DNA of 64,000 nucleotides from Promethearchaeota archaeon. GTDB taxonomy: Archaea > Asgardarchaeota > Thorarchaeia > Thorarchaeales > Thorarchaeaceae. Each line of letters begins with the position of its first letter. Positions within the stretch are counted from its first letter, which is position 1. The notes below the pieces were generated by a model. It worked only from the letters and a program-made list of their open reading frames with translations, was not told where the DNA came from and did not search any database. The DNA lies in the NCBI GenBank assembly GCA_014728035.1, contig WJMJ01000123.1:1-64000 (forward strand), in the 5' to 3' direction. Shown here piece by piece: positions 51,109 to 60,978 of this stretch. The translations under genes and the position numbers were made by a program.

Positions 51109-51366
51109 ATGGCTAAATCATGTCCTCTCTGTCGGGCCAAAACAAAAATCAGGTGTGATAAATGCAGGAACGAATTCTGTCACGATCATGCCATCAAATG
51201 TCCAAATTGTGGAACAATTACATGTATCAGAGACTTGGGGAAATCCATCAAATGTCCTCAATGTGAGGAGAAGTTGGATGTTTGTCCGGAATGTATGCTA
51301 GCTGGAAAACTTGTTCGTACCATAAAAGATGCTGATATATGTCCTGAATGTGGATGGAATGGCTAA
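51109..51366 (+). CDS. Small multi-zinc-finger protein
   Basis: Seven CxxC/CxxH motifs in 85 aa. Confidence 0.75.
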   Translation: MAKSCPLCRAKTKIRCDKCRNEFCHDHAIKCPNCGTITCIRDLGKSIKCPQCEEKLDVCPECMLAGKLVRTIKDADICPECGWNG

Positions 51367-51608
51367 TAGAGAACCAGAATAATATAGGAAATAAATGCGA
51401 CAAATAGGATAGCCATTATTATTTTTCCTTTATCTCCAAAGCCCCATACAATAGGGATGGGACCTATTAGTATAATGCCTTTGTGATCAGTTCTCCCAGA
51501 ATCATGTTGTCCATTCTTATTGGATTGAATAATACCTAAAATAATCAAAATAATTCCAACGATAATTATCGCCATTGATAGTATTTGTAATGAAAAAATA
51601 CTCTGCAC
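51363..51608 (-). CDS. DUF131/TIGR00304 membrane protein
   Basis: GIILIGPIPIVWG. Confidence 0.82.
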   Translation of the reverse strand: MQSIFSLQILSMAIIIVGIILIILGIIQSNKNGQHDSGRTDHKGIILIGPIPIVWGFGDKGKIIMAILFVAFISYIILVLY

Positions 51609-52180
51609 TACAATCTCCTCTTTGTTCTTGTATCGAGTACTTTCTCAGGCAGTGCAAATTCCATACGTTCGTATCCCCCTACCTCTTCTCCCTCCAGTGC
51701 CCAAAGAACGACAAGATCATTATAGATTTCAAACTCAAGCATGGTATCGATATCTGTAATCTTAGTACCCGCAGGAAAACGCCATATTATTTCAAAATCA
51801 TAGGGAGCAATCTCCTCTTCTAACCATGTTACAATTTTGTTTTCTCCCTCCTTGAATCTTCCTGCGAAATCAATCATGTAAGTCACAGCTACAACATCAC
51901 TAACACCTTTGGGAAAGATATCAACATATACAACATTGGAACGAACTCTTTCTGTATTTATCTCAACTCGTTCTTTATCAAGATAATATTGCATGTTGTC
52001 AGCTAGTTTTTCGATTTCTTTTCCAAATAGTTCCTCGTCACGAAGCACTCGTTTGTAATAACCATCTGGGTCCAAGTATTCAAAGGATAATTTCTCATGT
52101 ATCTCTCCAGATATTGCCACAGAGAAAAATGAATCCGCATGGATAGGTTCAACCATCTCAGAGAGTTCAATCTCGAACAT
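51608..52180 (-). CDS. Acidic hypothetical protein
   Basis: Tightly packed between the MBL gene and DUF131. Confidence 0.75.
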   Translation of the reverse strand: MFEIELSEMVEPIHADSFFSVAISGEIHEKLSFEYLDPDGYYKRVLRDEELFGKEIEKLADNMQYYLDKERVEINTERVRSNVVYVDIFPKGVSDVVAVTYMIDFAGRFKEGENKIVTWLEEEIAPYDFEIIWRFPAGTKITDIDTMLEFEIYNDLVVLWALEGEEVGGYERMEFALPEKVLDTRTKRRL

Positions 52181-52184
52181 ATTA

Positions 52185-53189
52185 TCACTCCAGTGGAACA
52201 GCTGTTATACCTTCTTCATGAAGATGAGATGCAAGAATACCCGCATTTCCTGTAAAAACGTATGCTATTCTTGGATCGACATCCTTTGCAAATTGAATCA
52301 AATTTGGAAAGTCAGTATGAGCACTTAGTGGAAAGCCTTTGCCCTTCATTCCTCCGAGTGTCCAGCCGGACAATGAATATGTTAATGCTTTATGTTTAAC
52401 TTCTCGAAATAGGTCAACACCTAAAATTTTCCTGATGTTTGTGAACGTATGTGCAGGTGATGAGCTTACAATAGCACAACCCTCATCAAGGTGGTCAATT
52501 ACATCTCCAGACCGTAATGATACTGCGGTCAATTCAGCACCATGTTTATTGTAAGCCTCATTTACCGAGTCGATTGTTCCATTTCCACTCACCACGGGTA
52601 TTCCTCTATATTGTAATAATGCAATTGCTTCTTGCGCTTTTCCAAGAGAGTATGCTTGGAAAATGGGAATTTTTCCACGATTGATTTCTTCAGTTGCAGT
52701 TTTCAGGATATCAAAGTAAGTCTTCTCCCGTTTAGGAAAAATCCATTCGGGAGACCCATATGTTGCTTCTGTAATGAGTACATCTGCATCTATTGGTACC
52801 GCTGCGTTGTGCACCAAACTATCCTCCACATTGAAGTCTCCCGTATAAAGAACTGATAGGTCATCATCAAACTCAAGCAAGAACATGGTGGAACCCAGAA
52901 CATGTCCTGCATCATAGGCAGTTATTTTGACACCTAGTTGTCCTGTTGATTCACCATAATCAATGATTCTTCTTTCACAGTCAACTTTTCCCTTTCTTGC
53001 TTCAAGTGTATCAAAAGTGCCTTCTGTTGCAATAACACAATGTGCAAGGTCAAGTCGTCCAATATGATCTGCATGTGAATGTGATATGAGTGAGGTTTCG
53101 TTTTGTACTCCCGTATCAAGACCTAATCTTACATGCCCATATTTCAAAAGAAAACCGGTACTTTGTTTCACAAGTTCTAATGTGGGCAT
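52185..53189 (-). CDS. Metallo-beta-lactamase/beta-CASP nuclease
   Basis: SHSHADH, AGHVLGS, YTGD, EATYG, YSLGKAQE, SAHTD. Confidence 0.88.
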   Translation of the reverse strand: MPTLELVKQSTGFLLKYGHVRLGLDTGVQNETSLISHSHADHIGRLDLAHCVIATEGTFDTLEARKGKVDCERRIIDYGESTGQLGVKITAYDAGHVLGSTMFLLEFDDDLSVLYTGDFNVEDSLVHNAAVPIDADVLITEATYGSPEWIFPKREKTYFDILKTATEEINRGKIPIFQAYSLGKAQEAIALLQYRGIPVVSGNGTIDSVNEAYNKHGAELTAVSLRSGDVIDHLDEGCAIVSSSPAHTFTNIRKILGVDLFREVKHKALTYSLSGWTLGGMKGKGFPLSAHTDFPNLIQFAKDVDPRIAYVFTGNAGILASHLHEEGITAVPLE

Positions 53190-53261
53190 AGATTAAATTC
53201 GTCCTATCTGTGCTTTGTCATCCAAATATAAAACCAATATGACTCTCTCGTTATGACAGCG

Positions 53262-54146
53262 TCAGAGATTTTTTCTATATAGGTCCAATTCTTGAATTTC
53301 TGCCTTAGTTTGTAACATTTCCTCCATCATGTCTATCATTTGCATCTGCTCTTTTCCAACGATGGGAAGTTCAATGGAATTCACGTTTCCTAGTTTGTTT
53401 ACTATAATACGAAGTGAATCATCTATGGAAACATCTTTACTAATGAATAATGGTGAAATAATGCCGGTCTCTGCTATTCTCAACAAACCTGCAGAAGCAA
53501 CAACTACATCTTCAATAGTCCGAGTATGAAACGAGTTGCTTTTGAGCATAATATCTCTCAATAACCAGACTTGTGAGAAGTTCAGTCCTGTTTCTTTTCT
53601 AAGATCCCACATAAGTTTTCGACTACCGTCTATGTTCGGTTTTTTGTCCCAAGGGCTGTACTCATTATTTTCAGGAATGATGATATCTTCTAATGTAGCT
53701 TTGTAGAGGATGTCGGTTTTTTCGAAATTTAGAGTTTCAAGTGATTTTGCTGTCCAACATGCTAGCTCGGTTGATATGGGGAATGGAAGATTTGTGGTAT
53801 CATCTGAAGGATTTACGATTGCATCCACATTCCTTATTGCCATACTTTTGAAAAATGGAAGTGATGATTTAATCAGGTGTGCTACGACTCCTTTCCTGAA
53901 TGTTTTCTCCAAAGACAAAAATACTAGAGCCATTGCTAATCGGACTCTATCTCTGTAGACTGCGGTACCTCCGATGTTTTTACCCTCAACTGATGAAATG
54001 AAATACATACTGTCTTCAAGCTGCATAAACTCAACTGCATATTCAGTAAATAGACTTCTCTTCTGACTATCTGGACAACATACTTCAATCCAGGTTTCAA
54101 TCTCATCAGACCGCAATCGTCTATTATACATCACAGGATCTGTCAT
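53262..54146 (-). CDS. Hypothetical protein (degenerate tandem GNAT-like)
   Basis: FRKGVVAHLI resembles the acetyl-CoA motif; ATGA overlap with mer. Confidence 0.55.
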   Translation of the reverse strand: MTDPVMYNRRLRSDEIETWIEVCCPDSQKRSLFTEYAVEFMQLEDSMYFISSVEGKNIGGTAVYRDRVRLAMALVFLSLEKTFRKGVVAHLIKSSLPFFKSMAIRNVDAIVNPSDDTTNLPFPISTELACWTAKSLETLNFEKTDILYKATLEDIIIPENNEYSPWDKKPNIDGSRKLMWDLRKETGLNFSQVWLLRDIMLKSNSFHTRTIEDVVVASAGLLRIAETGIISPLFISKDVSIDDSLRIIVNKLGNVNSIELPIVGKEQMQMIDMMEEMLQTKAEIQELDLYRKNL

Positions 54147-55219
54147 GAGTAATCCCTCTCACGAAAAATAGGGATTATTTCTTTTCCTATTTTCTCTATA
54201 GCTTTTCTTTTATCAGGCCCAATAGGTGATCCTACAATGAAATGGGTTACCCCTACATCTTCCATTTCATGAATCCGATTTATGCAGAACTCCTTATCTC
54301 CTACAATTGCAAAGGCATCAATCATTTCATCCGTGATTAAACTATCAAGGTCTCCATACCTTTTTTCTGATAGTGCGTTTTTAACGGCATCACATTGCTC
54401 GAAATTGAGACTATGGCGTTCAAGAACCGAACTTGGAGAACCTGCAACAATGAAAGCAACAACCATTTTTGTATCACCCTTTAGTGCATCTTGATAGCTG
54501 TCTGCAATACTGAAAGCTGTATATGCTCCGATATCCAAATCCTTGATATCTCGCCCAGATTGATTTACTCCCTCTTTTATGAGTTTCATTGCAATCTCGA
54601 TGTCTTTTGGATGACTCGCATTGGTGAGGATGCCATCTGCTAGAGTAGCAGTTTTTTTCAGCATCATCGGTCCTTGTGCACCAGCATAAATTGGAATTCT
54701 TCTTCCACTAATAACCTCCTTTCCGTCCTTCAGGATTCTCTTGCCATCCTTGTCAACTTGATGTTCCTTCTTTACATGGGATAGTTTTGCTCCACGAATA
54801 TCAAACACACGTCCATGAAATCTTACCCTTTCACCATTGATGAGCTTTCTCAAAATTTGAATTCCCTCAATGACTGTCGTGACAGGTAGATTCCATTGTA
54901 TTCCCAATGTTTCCAGAGTCATTCTGTCTCCAGCGCCCAATCCAACTGCTGTTCTCCCTTCAGTCAGCTCATCAATAGTAACTATTGCTGCAGCTGAAAG
55001 AGCTGGACTTGTATGAAATGGATTAGTAACACCCGGACCAATGGTTACTTTACTAGTATTCAATGCAATTGCTGTCAGAGTTACCCATAGGTTACGATTA
55101 TTGAAGTGGTCAGTAATCCAGATGTTATCAAATCCCACAGATTCCGCTATTTTTGACCAATTTACTATTTGATTCACTGGCTCATCTGGTACAAATTCAA
55201 TTCCAAATCGCAAAGACAA
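54143..55219 (-). CDS. mer: F420-dependent methylenetetrahydromethanopterin reductase (or close paralogue)
   Basis: FGIEFVP, WITDHFNNRN, GPGVTNP, GAQGP.ML, NASHP.D, GSPIGPD. Confidence 0.85.
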   Translation of the reverse strand: MSLRFGIEFVPDEPVNQIVNWSKIAESVGFDNIWITDHFNNRNLWVTLTAIALNTSKVTIGPGVTNPFHTSPALSAAAIVTIDELTEGRTAVGLGAGDRMTLETLGIQWNLPVTTVIEGIQILRKLINGERVRFHGRVFDIRGAKLSHVKKEHQVDKDGKRILKDGKEVISGRRIPIYAGAQGPMMLKKTATLADGILTNASHPKDIEIAMKLIKEGVNQSGRDIKDLDIGAYTAFSIADSYQDALKGDTKMVVAFIVAGSPSSVLERHSLNFEQCDAVKNALSEKRYGDLDSLITDEMIDAFAIVGDKEFCINRIHEMEDVGVTHFIVGSPIGPDKRKAIEKIGKEIIPIFRERDYS

Positions 55220-55348
55220 TCAGCTCCTGAGAAGGTGCAATGCAATCTTTGAAACATATTTATTCTTGATAAGATTATGGCACTTTTGATGCTCTATATC
55301 GCAATCCTTATCCTTTTGGATGCTTAGTCTTTCGTATATTTACTTGAG

Positions 55349-56347
55349 GTGGAAATAATACAAAGTTTGATTCTTACAGATGATGGGCTCCATCTTGCAG
55401 ACGTTCCAATTCCGAGTCTACTTCCAGGAGAGATTAAAATTGAAGTTCGGTATGTTGGCTTATGTGGGACTGATGTTTCAATATGGAAAGGCGACCATAA
55501 TGTAAATCTCCCTCTGGTATTAGGACACGAATTTACAGGCGTAATTCACCAAAGTACTATTCCACAATTCAAGGTAGGCAGTTTAGTCACCGCTGAAACA
55601 GCCATCTCATGTGGCTCCTGTTGGTATTGTACTAACAATATGACTAGACATTGCAAAAAACGTGAGACCCTCGGAATCACTACTGATGGTGCTCTCTCGG
55701 AATTTCTGACAGTACCCTCTGAGATTGTTCATGTATTACCTCCCGATATTGATTCTGTTTCAGGAACCTTTGTAGAGCCTATTGCTTCTGCTATTCAAAC
55801 TCGTATTAAGACTCCAGTTGATGATGGTGAACCAATGGTGATAATTGGGTGTGGAAAACTAGGACTCATCATTGCTCAGGTGTATGATGCTGTAGGAGCT
55901 GAAGTATATCTTCTTGATAAGAATCCATGGAAACTAGGTCTTGCAAAACAACTTGGATTTCGTCGTACTATAGATGTCACAACAGCTGATTGGTCATCTG
56001 CAATTCTAGATGAAACATACGGTGTAGGTCCACGGGTTGTAGTCGAAGCAACTGGAACCGCAAAAGGACTTGATATGGCATTGGATATCGTTCGGAACAA
56101 TGGTGTTATCGCACTAAAGAGTAAACATAGTGATAGATCGAGCATTGATCCCAGTCAACTTGCTGCTCGTGAGGTGCAATTGCAGGGTTCTGCAGACGGA
56201 CCATTTGACATTGCTATTGATATGCTTAACAAGGGTAGAATTGAGGTTAAACGCTTAGTTACAAAGCATTTTCCACTTGAGGACTCCCAGAAAGCTTTTG
56301 AGTATGCTGCAAAACCAGATGTCAATAAGGTCATCATAGGTATTTGA
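55349..56347 (+). CDS. Zinc-dependent MDR alcohol dehydrogenase
   Basis: CGTD, GHE, CGSCWYC..HC, GCGKLG. Confidence 0.9.
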   Translation: MEIIQSLILTDDGLHLADVPIPSLLPGEIKIEVRYVGLCGTDVSIWKGDHNVNLPLVLGHEFTGVIHQSTIPQFKVGSLVTAETAISCGSCWYCTNNMTRHCKKRETLGITTDGALSEFLTVPSEIVHVLPPDIDSVSGTFVEPIASAIQTRIKTPVDDGEPMVIIGCGKLGLIIAQVYDAVGAEVYLLDKNPWKLGLAKQLGFRRTIDVTTADWSSAILDETYGVGPRVVVEATGTAKGLDMALDIVRNNGVIALKSKHSDRSSIDPSQLAAREVQLQGSADGPFDIAIDMLNKGRIEVKRLVTKHFPLEDSQKAFEYAAKPDVNKVIIGI

Positions 56348-56350
56348 AGT

Positions 56351-57634
56351 GTGGTAGTTTTGGAAGAATATACTGTCGATTTACACATTCATAGTCTCCA
56401 TTCAATTGGAGTAAGCAATAAAATGACAATACCAAATTTAGCAAAGGGTGCTGAACAAAAAGGAATTCGCATTTTGGGCACCGGTGACGCGACCCAGCCA
56501 GATTGGTTAGATCATATTAAGAAAACACTTCATCAAAACGATGGATATTTGGAATATGATTCCACTATCTTTCTTCCAACTGTTGAGTTTGAAGATGAAG
56601 AATCAATACATCATGTTATCCTTCTTCCGAATTTAGAATCTGTTGACAGACTAAGAAACCTTGTGAAATCTGATTCACCCAATTTGGATGACGAATGGGG
56701 TGGTCGACCAAGGGTGAATCTTGGTGGTGAAGAAATTGCTGGACATGTTCGTGATGTAGGAGGAATGATAGGCCCAGCTCATGCTTTTACTCCCTTTAAA
56801 GCAATATTTCGTGAAAACAAACATGATAGTCTCGAAAGTTGTTATGCGTCTGAAACAGAGAATATCCATTTTATCGAACTTGGACTATCAGCAGACAGTG
56901 AAACTGCAGATTATATCCCCGAACTGAGAAAACTAACATATATAACATCAAGCGATGCTCACTCTCCGACTCCTAACAAGCTTGGTAGGGAATTCGTGCA
57001 ATTTGTTATGAAAGATCCCAGCTTTGAAGAACTAAAGAAAGCAATTATTCGAAACGGGGGGAGAAAACCAACTTTGAATCTTGGATTCAATCCCCGCTTA
57101 GGAAAATACTTCCTTTCATTCTGTTCCTCTTGTCGAAAGACCCTAGTTATCAAAGATGGAGATGCTCCTCCATCGTTCGACGAATTAAATGTATATTTCA
57201 GCTGCAAAAACGAAGAGGACGCACGGAATCTTATTGATGGTATTCATAGGAGAAAAATATTCTGTCCAGACTGTGGAAAAAAAATGCGGCTTGGAGTTAG
57301 AGACCGGGCAAGGATGATTGGCGAATTGGAGAGCAAGAAACCCACTCATAGACCTCCTTATCTCTATATTCCTCCTCTTCTAGACCTTATCTCCACAGCA
57401 ATTGGTGTGAAGTCAACAAGTTCCAAATCCGTCAGAAATCTATATGGGAAAATTATCGAATCAATGGGGCCGGAATCTTCAGTTCTTACAAAAGGCTCAA
57501 TTGAGTTACTTAAGGAACATGATGAGCGGTTGGCAAAAATAGTTCATGCCTATCGTAATGGTGATGTTAGCTATATATCTGGTGGCGGAGGTAGATACGG
57601 TAAAATAATAGCACCTTGGGAGTCTCAAAAATGA
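56351..57634 (+). CDS. endoQ: Endonuclease Q (TIGR00375 family)
   Basis: DLHIHS, GTGD, PAHAFTP, ELGLSAD, SDAHS..LGRE, Zn finger, GGGG.YG. Confidence 0.85.
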   Translation: MVVLEEYTVDLHIHSLHSIGVSNKMTIPNLAKGAEQKGIRILGTGDATQPDWLDHIKKTLHQNDGYLEYDSTIFLPTVEFEDEESIHHVILLPNLESVDRLRNLVKSDSPNLDDEWGGRPRVNLGGEEIAGHVRDVGGMIGPAHAFTPFKAIFRENKHDSLESCYASETENIHFIELGLSADSETADYIPELRKLTYITSSDAHSPTPNKLGREFVQFVMKDPSFEELKKAIIRNGGRKPTLNLGFNPRLGKYFLSFCSSCRKTLVIKDGDAPPSFDELNVYFSCKNEEDARNLIDGIHRRKIFCPDCGKKMRLGVRDRARMIGELESKKPTHRPPYLYIPPLLDLISTAIGVKSTSSKSVRNLYGKIIESMGPESSVLTKGSIELLKEHDERLAKIVHAYRNGDVSYISGGGGRYGKIIAPWESQK

Positions 57635-57939
57635 CAGTGGTTAAAGGCGTTATCCGCGAGGTTGGAAAGAGTAGCGCAATGCGGATTTCTGCTAGAAGAT
57701 GGCATGCTTCAACACAAATAGTTGTTCAAGATCCAGAAACAAAGAAGACGTACAGTGTTAGAGTTTCATCAAAGACAATGGATCGTTGCCGTTTCCTTCC
57801 AAGAGTAGGTATCCCTGTTGTGATTCATGGTTATGTTGAAGAAGCAGAATTTGGACTCTCAGACTTTGTGGTTTCGAGGGTCACTCACATCAAACGTCAG
57901 GGTGCAGGCATTACAGATGTTCACTCGTTCGATGATTGA
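57631..57939 (+). CDS. Small OB-fold-like protein
   Basis: VKGVI.EV...IVVQD...VG..VVIHG.V pattern; ATGA overlap with endoQ. Confidence 0.6.
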   Translation: MTVVKGVIREVGKSSAMRISARRWHASTQIVVQDPETKKTYSVRVSSKTMDRCRFLPRVGIPVVIHGYVEEAEFGLSDFVVSRVTHIKRQGAGITDVHSFDD

Positions 57940-57947
57940 CATATTGT

Positions 57948-58262
57948 TTACTGCTCAACGATAATAAAAGATGGTGGTAAAATCCACTCTGATTTGCATT
58001 TGGGGCAACGAGATGGTTTCTTGACACTTCTTCTTCCTTTAAACTCGAACTGGCATTTCCCACATGTAGGAGTTCGAGCTACGAGTTGCTTACCATCATT
58101 TTGAACCGATTTTGCAATATGCTTCAAATCTTCAGTAACTAGCGACCTCTGTGGAATTTCAAGAATTTGACAAATCTCAGTGACTGTTAGTGGATGTTCG
58201 ATTTCTTCCAGAAGTTCGGTAATTCTCTGCCTACGAGTCTGCATCTTGTGAAAATCTCTCAT
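57948..58262 (-). CDS. HTH plus Zn-ribbon regulator (COG3357-like)
   Basis: TRRQRI, EDLKHIAKS, CGKC..F, KPSRCPKCKSEWI. Confidence 0.85.
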   Translation of the reverse strand: MRDFHKMQTRRQRITELLEEIEHPLTVTEICQILEIPQRSLVTEDLKHIAKSVQNDGKQLVARTPTCGKCQFEFKGRRSVKKPSRCPKCKSEWILPPSFIIVEQ

Positions 58263-58352
58263 TGGATTGTTGCACTATTCTTTGTAGCTGTACAATCATT
58301 TGAACAGTGTGTTCAAAACGTAGTGTGATATACTATTAAATCTACTATTGTC

Positions 58353-59096
58353 TTGATTATTATGAAGGAGTATAGTGATGGATTCAGTAGGACTGCAATA
58401 ACTCTTGTTGTAATTGCTGTCGTTATTTCATCTGGAATTCTTGTTGTTTCCCTGATGCAACCAAACGGGAATACGACTACTACAACGACTACTACTACCA
58501 CAGCAACCAACAATGGTGCTGGATATGGTTCAGCTGCAGTTGACTATATTGAGAGTAGACGAGATGATGTTGTCTTCTATTGGTCAAGTAACAACACACT
58601 GGTTAATGAAGACCTTAGCTCATATTATCAAGCTACAGAGCCTTCTGCTTTTGTTGATGGTGTATTTATCAATCAGACTGAAAGCGGAGCTGACATCAGT
58701 GTGTTATTTTCCCCGTATCATGAAAATATTGTTGGTGAGGGATCAATTGATTCTGATACCTATGAAACCATGAATGGAGCTCTTCTAGATGAGGGAATTG
58801 GCCTTATGGAGGATGCTTCAACTCATCCTAGCAGTTTTCCGTCAACATGGCCAATCGAACTGTACATCTACATATTTTTTGATGACAATACCTTTTTCTA
58901 TCTAGGACACACCAGCAGTGATGGATATGTCTTCATTCGAAATGGTACGTGGGATGGATTTACATCAGGTGGTGATCCATCTATTACTGGATTTGTTGGT
59001 GATGGACATTGGCTGATTGAAGGAGGTCATCTACAAACTGGAATTTCCTCTCTCTATTCAGTAATTACTAACAATGTTGATTATCCCGAAGCATGA
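58353..59096 (+). CDS. Membrane-anchored extracellular protein with poly-Thr linker
   Basis: N-terminal TM, Thr run, acidic beta-rich domain. Confidence 0.75.
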   Translation: MIIMKEYSDGFSRTAITLVVIAVVISSGILVVSLMQPNGNTTTTTTTTTTATNNGAGYGSAAVDYIESRRDDVVFYWSSNNTLVNEDLSSYYQATEPSAFVDGVFINQTESGADISVLFSPYHENIVGEGSIDSDTYETMNGALLDEGIGLMEDASTHPSSFPSTWPIELYIYIFFDDNTFFYLGHTSSDGYVFIRNGTWDGFTSGGDPSITGFVGDGHWLIEGGHLQTGISSLYSVITNNVDYPEA

Positions 59097-59120
59097 ATAT
59101 GCGACTGAAATCAATTCAGA

Positions 59121-59579
59121 TTGTTGAATCATGGGGATGAGGTAGTGAAACGGGAAACCATCTACAAGCTTGTGAAGGGCAGGACAATGAGTGTCTATGC
59201 CCTTCTACTCACCAATGAAAAGATGGGAGTACGGGAGATACAACGCGAATTGGGATTTTCAAGTCCCAGTTTAGCTCTCCACCACTTGACTAAGCTTATT
59301 GATTTAGAACTTATTGATAAAGATGAACACGGAGAATATTTTGTTACAAAGACTGTTCGGGTTGGCTCGCTATCTCTTTTCGTTCGTATAGGGCAGAAAT
59401 TGTTACCTAGATTTCTCTTTCTTATCGTTTTTGTTGCAAGTATGTTATTCCTGTATACGGCATTTTTCGTATCTACCCCTGTCGAAGGAAAAGATATCAT
59501 GTTCTATTCGTTATGCTTCATCTTCTTCATCGTGGTGGCTTATGAAACAAAACGTATCTGGAATTTGAAACCCGTCTAA
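59121..59579 (+). CDS. Winged-helix regulator with two C-terminal TM helices
   Basis: GVREIQRELGFSSPSLALHHL.KL; two TM. Confidence 0.82.
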   Translation: MLNHGDEVVKRETIYKLVKGRTMSVYALLLTNEKMGVREIQRELGFSSPSLALHHLTKLIDLELIDKDEHGEYFVTKTVRVGSLSLFVRIGQKLLPRFLFLIVFVASMLFLYTAFFVSTPVEGKDIMFYSLCFIFFIVVAYETKRIWNLKPV

Positions 59580-59658
59580 ACTCATTGGAATTGAGTGATA
59601 TGTCTAAATATTTAGATGATTCAATCTTATATTATATCATTAATAGAGCGAGGAATCT

Positions 59659-60918
59659 ATGTCCCAGAGTAAATTAGAACACACTCACCAGAGTAGTCTA
59701 TCATTCAATGATAGGGTGTGTGCTAAATGTATGGGACATCGTTCACTATGTGGTGTCAAGCCTTGTCCATTACTTATGCGAGCTAAGTCTCTGGTAAATC
59801 TAGACACCTCACTACGAGGTCTTGACTTGATTGGATCCTCACCACCTTCGGTATTCGTTGGATCTTATGGATATCCTAAAGTATTGATGGGGCCCTTAGT
59901 TCCACCTGTACGCGGTAGGGAAACTGAACTAATGGAACGACCTGATCTTTGGCTAACCAAATCTCTTGACCAAATTCTCTCGATCCGATTCAAGCTAGTT
60001 AGAACAAAATCTAGAATTCCTGTCCGTGAGCCAGTAGACCCTTCCAGGCTCCTTCATGATACACAGACTTTAGCCTTATCCGAGAAACCTACTGATTCGG
60101 ATGCCACACTTCTGAAACGACCCAAGTTTACTAGTGTTTTCTCTGACAGAACCCTTCCAATTGGTCCTTCTGCACCTCTTGAAAAATTTCGACTGGAAGA
60201 CAATCCTAGTGTTCCACGAAAAGTTGACAAGGTCACTTCTGATACTGATTTCAAAGCAGCTCCAGGTATAGTAGAATTATTTGACGAAGGGATTAAACAG
60301 GAACACATTACTAGGTTATTATCGGTTGGTCTACTAGGTCAGAGAAAAGCACGAAAATTGGTTCCAACTGAGTGGAGTATAACTGCTATTGATGACATTG
60401 TTGGAAAGGAATTACACAAACGAGTACTACGACTGCCATGGATTAATGATTACTATGTCTTAGGAGACTATGCACTAGGAAATACAGTAGTTCTTCTATT
60501 CATGCCACGTGCATGGCAATTTGAAGCACTTGAGTGTTGGCTTTATGGAAAGAATTCCAACGTCATTAGCGATCACGAATTTTCAAAGGGTCGAACAACT
60601 TATGCAAAGAATGTAGTTGGTGCTTACTATGCGACGCGACTCCCCTCTTTAGAGTATCTTACGAGCATCCGTCGTCAGGCTGGGGTAATTGTCTTTATGG
60701 AGATCAATCCTCAAAAATGGGTGCCATTGGGAGTATGGCGTTTTCGCGAGATTGCTAGAAGAGCACTAACAAGAAAACCTCGAAGATACTCCACCTTAGA
60801 AGAAGCTATCTCTGAGGTGAGTAACTATCTTCGAAATCCAATAGAGAATTATCTCAATTCTTCAGTCTTATACAAAGAAGTCAAATCACAAACTATTCTT
60901 CCTGACTTCTTTACCTAG
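59659..60918 (+). CDS. nreA: Nre-family DNA repair protein
   Basis: CxxC..LCG..CP, GSSPPSVFVG.YGYPKV, LVPT.WSITA.DD, PLGVW..RE, C-terminal PIP box QTILPDFF. Confidence 0.9.
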   Translation: MSQSKLEHTHQSSLSFNDRVCAKCMGHRSLCGVKPCPLLMRAKSLVNLDTSLRGLDLIGSSPPSVFVGSYGYPKVLMGPLVPPVRGRETELMERPDLWLTKSLDQILSIRFKLVRTKSRIPVREPVDPSRLLHDTQTLALSEKPTDSDATLLKRPKFTSVFSDRTLPIGPSAPLEKFRLEDNPSVPRKVDKVTSDTDFKAAPGIVELFDEGIKQEHITRLLSVGLLGQRKARKLVPTEWSITAIDDIVGKELHKRVLRLPWINDYYVLGDYALGNTVVLLFMPRAWQFEALECWLYGKNSNVISDHEFSKGRTTYAKNVVGAYYATRLPSLEYLTSIRRQAGVIVFMEINPQKWVPLGVWRFREIARRALTRKPRRYSTLEEAISEVSNYLRNPIENYLNSSVLYKEVKSQTILPDFFT

Positions 60919-60978
60919 AGCATTCTTCTATATGAATCGTACATCTCTTTTATCTATGCATTCCATCTCACTATTATT

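Noticed and set aside
54143-55219. mer as evidence of methanogenesis
   Set aside because: Mer occurs in non-methanogenic H4MPT Wood-Ljungdahl archaea; no mcr or mtr genes in this window.
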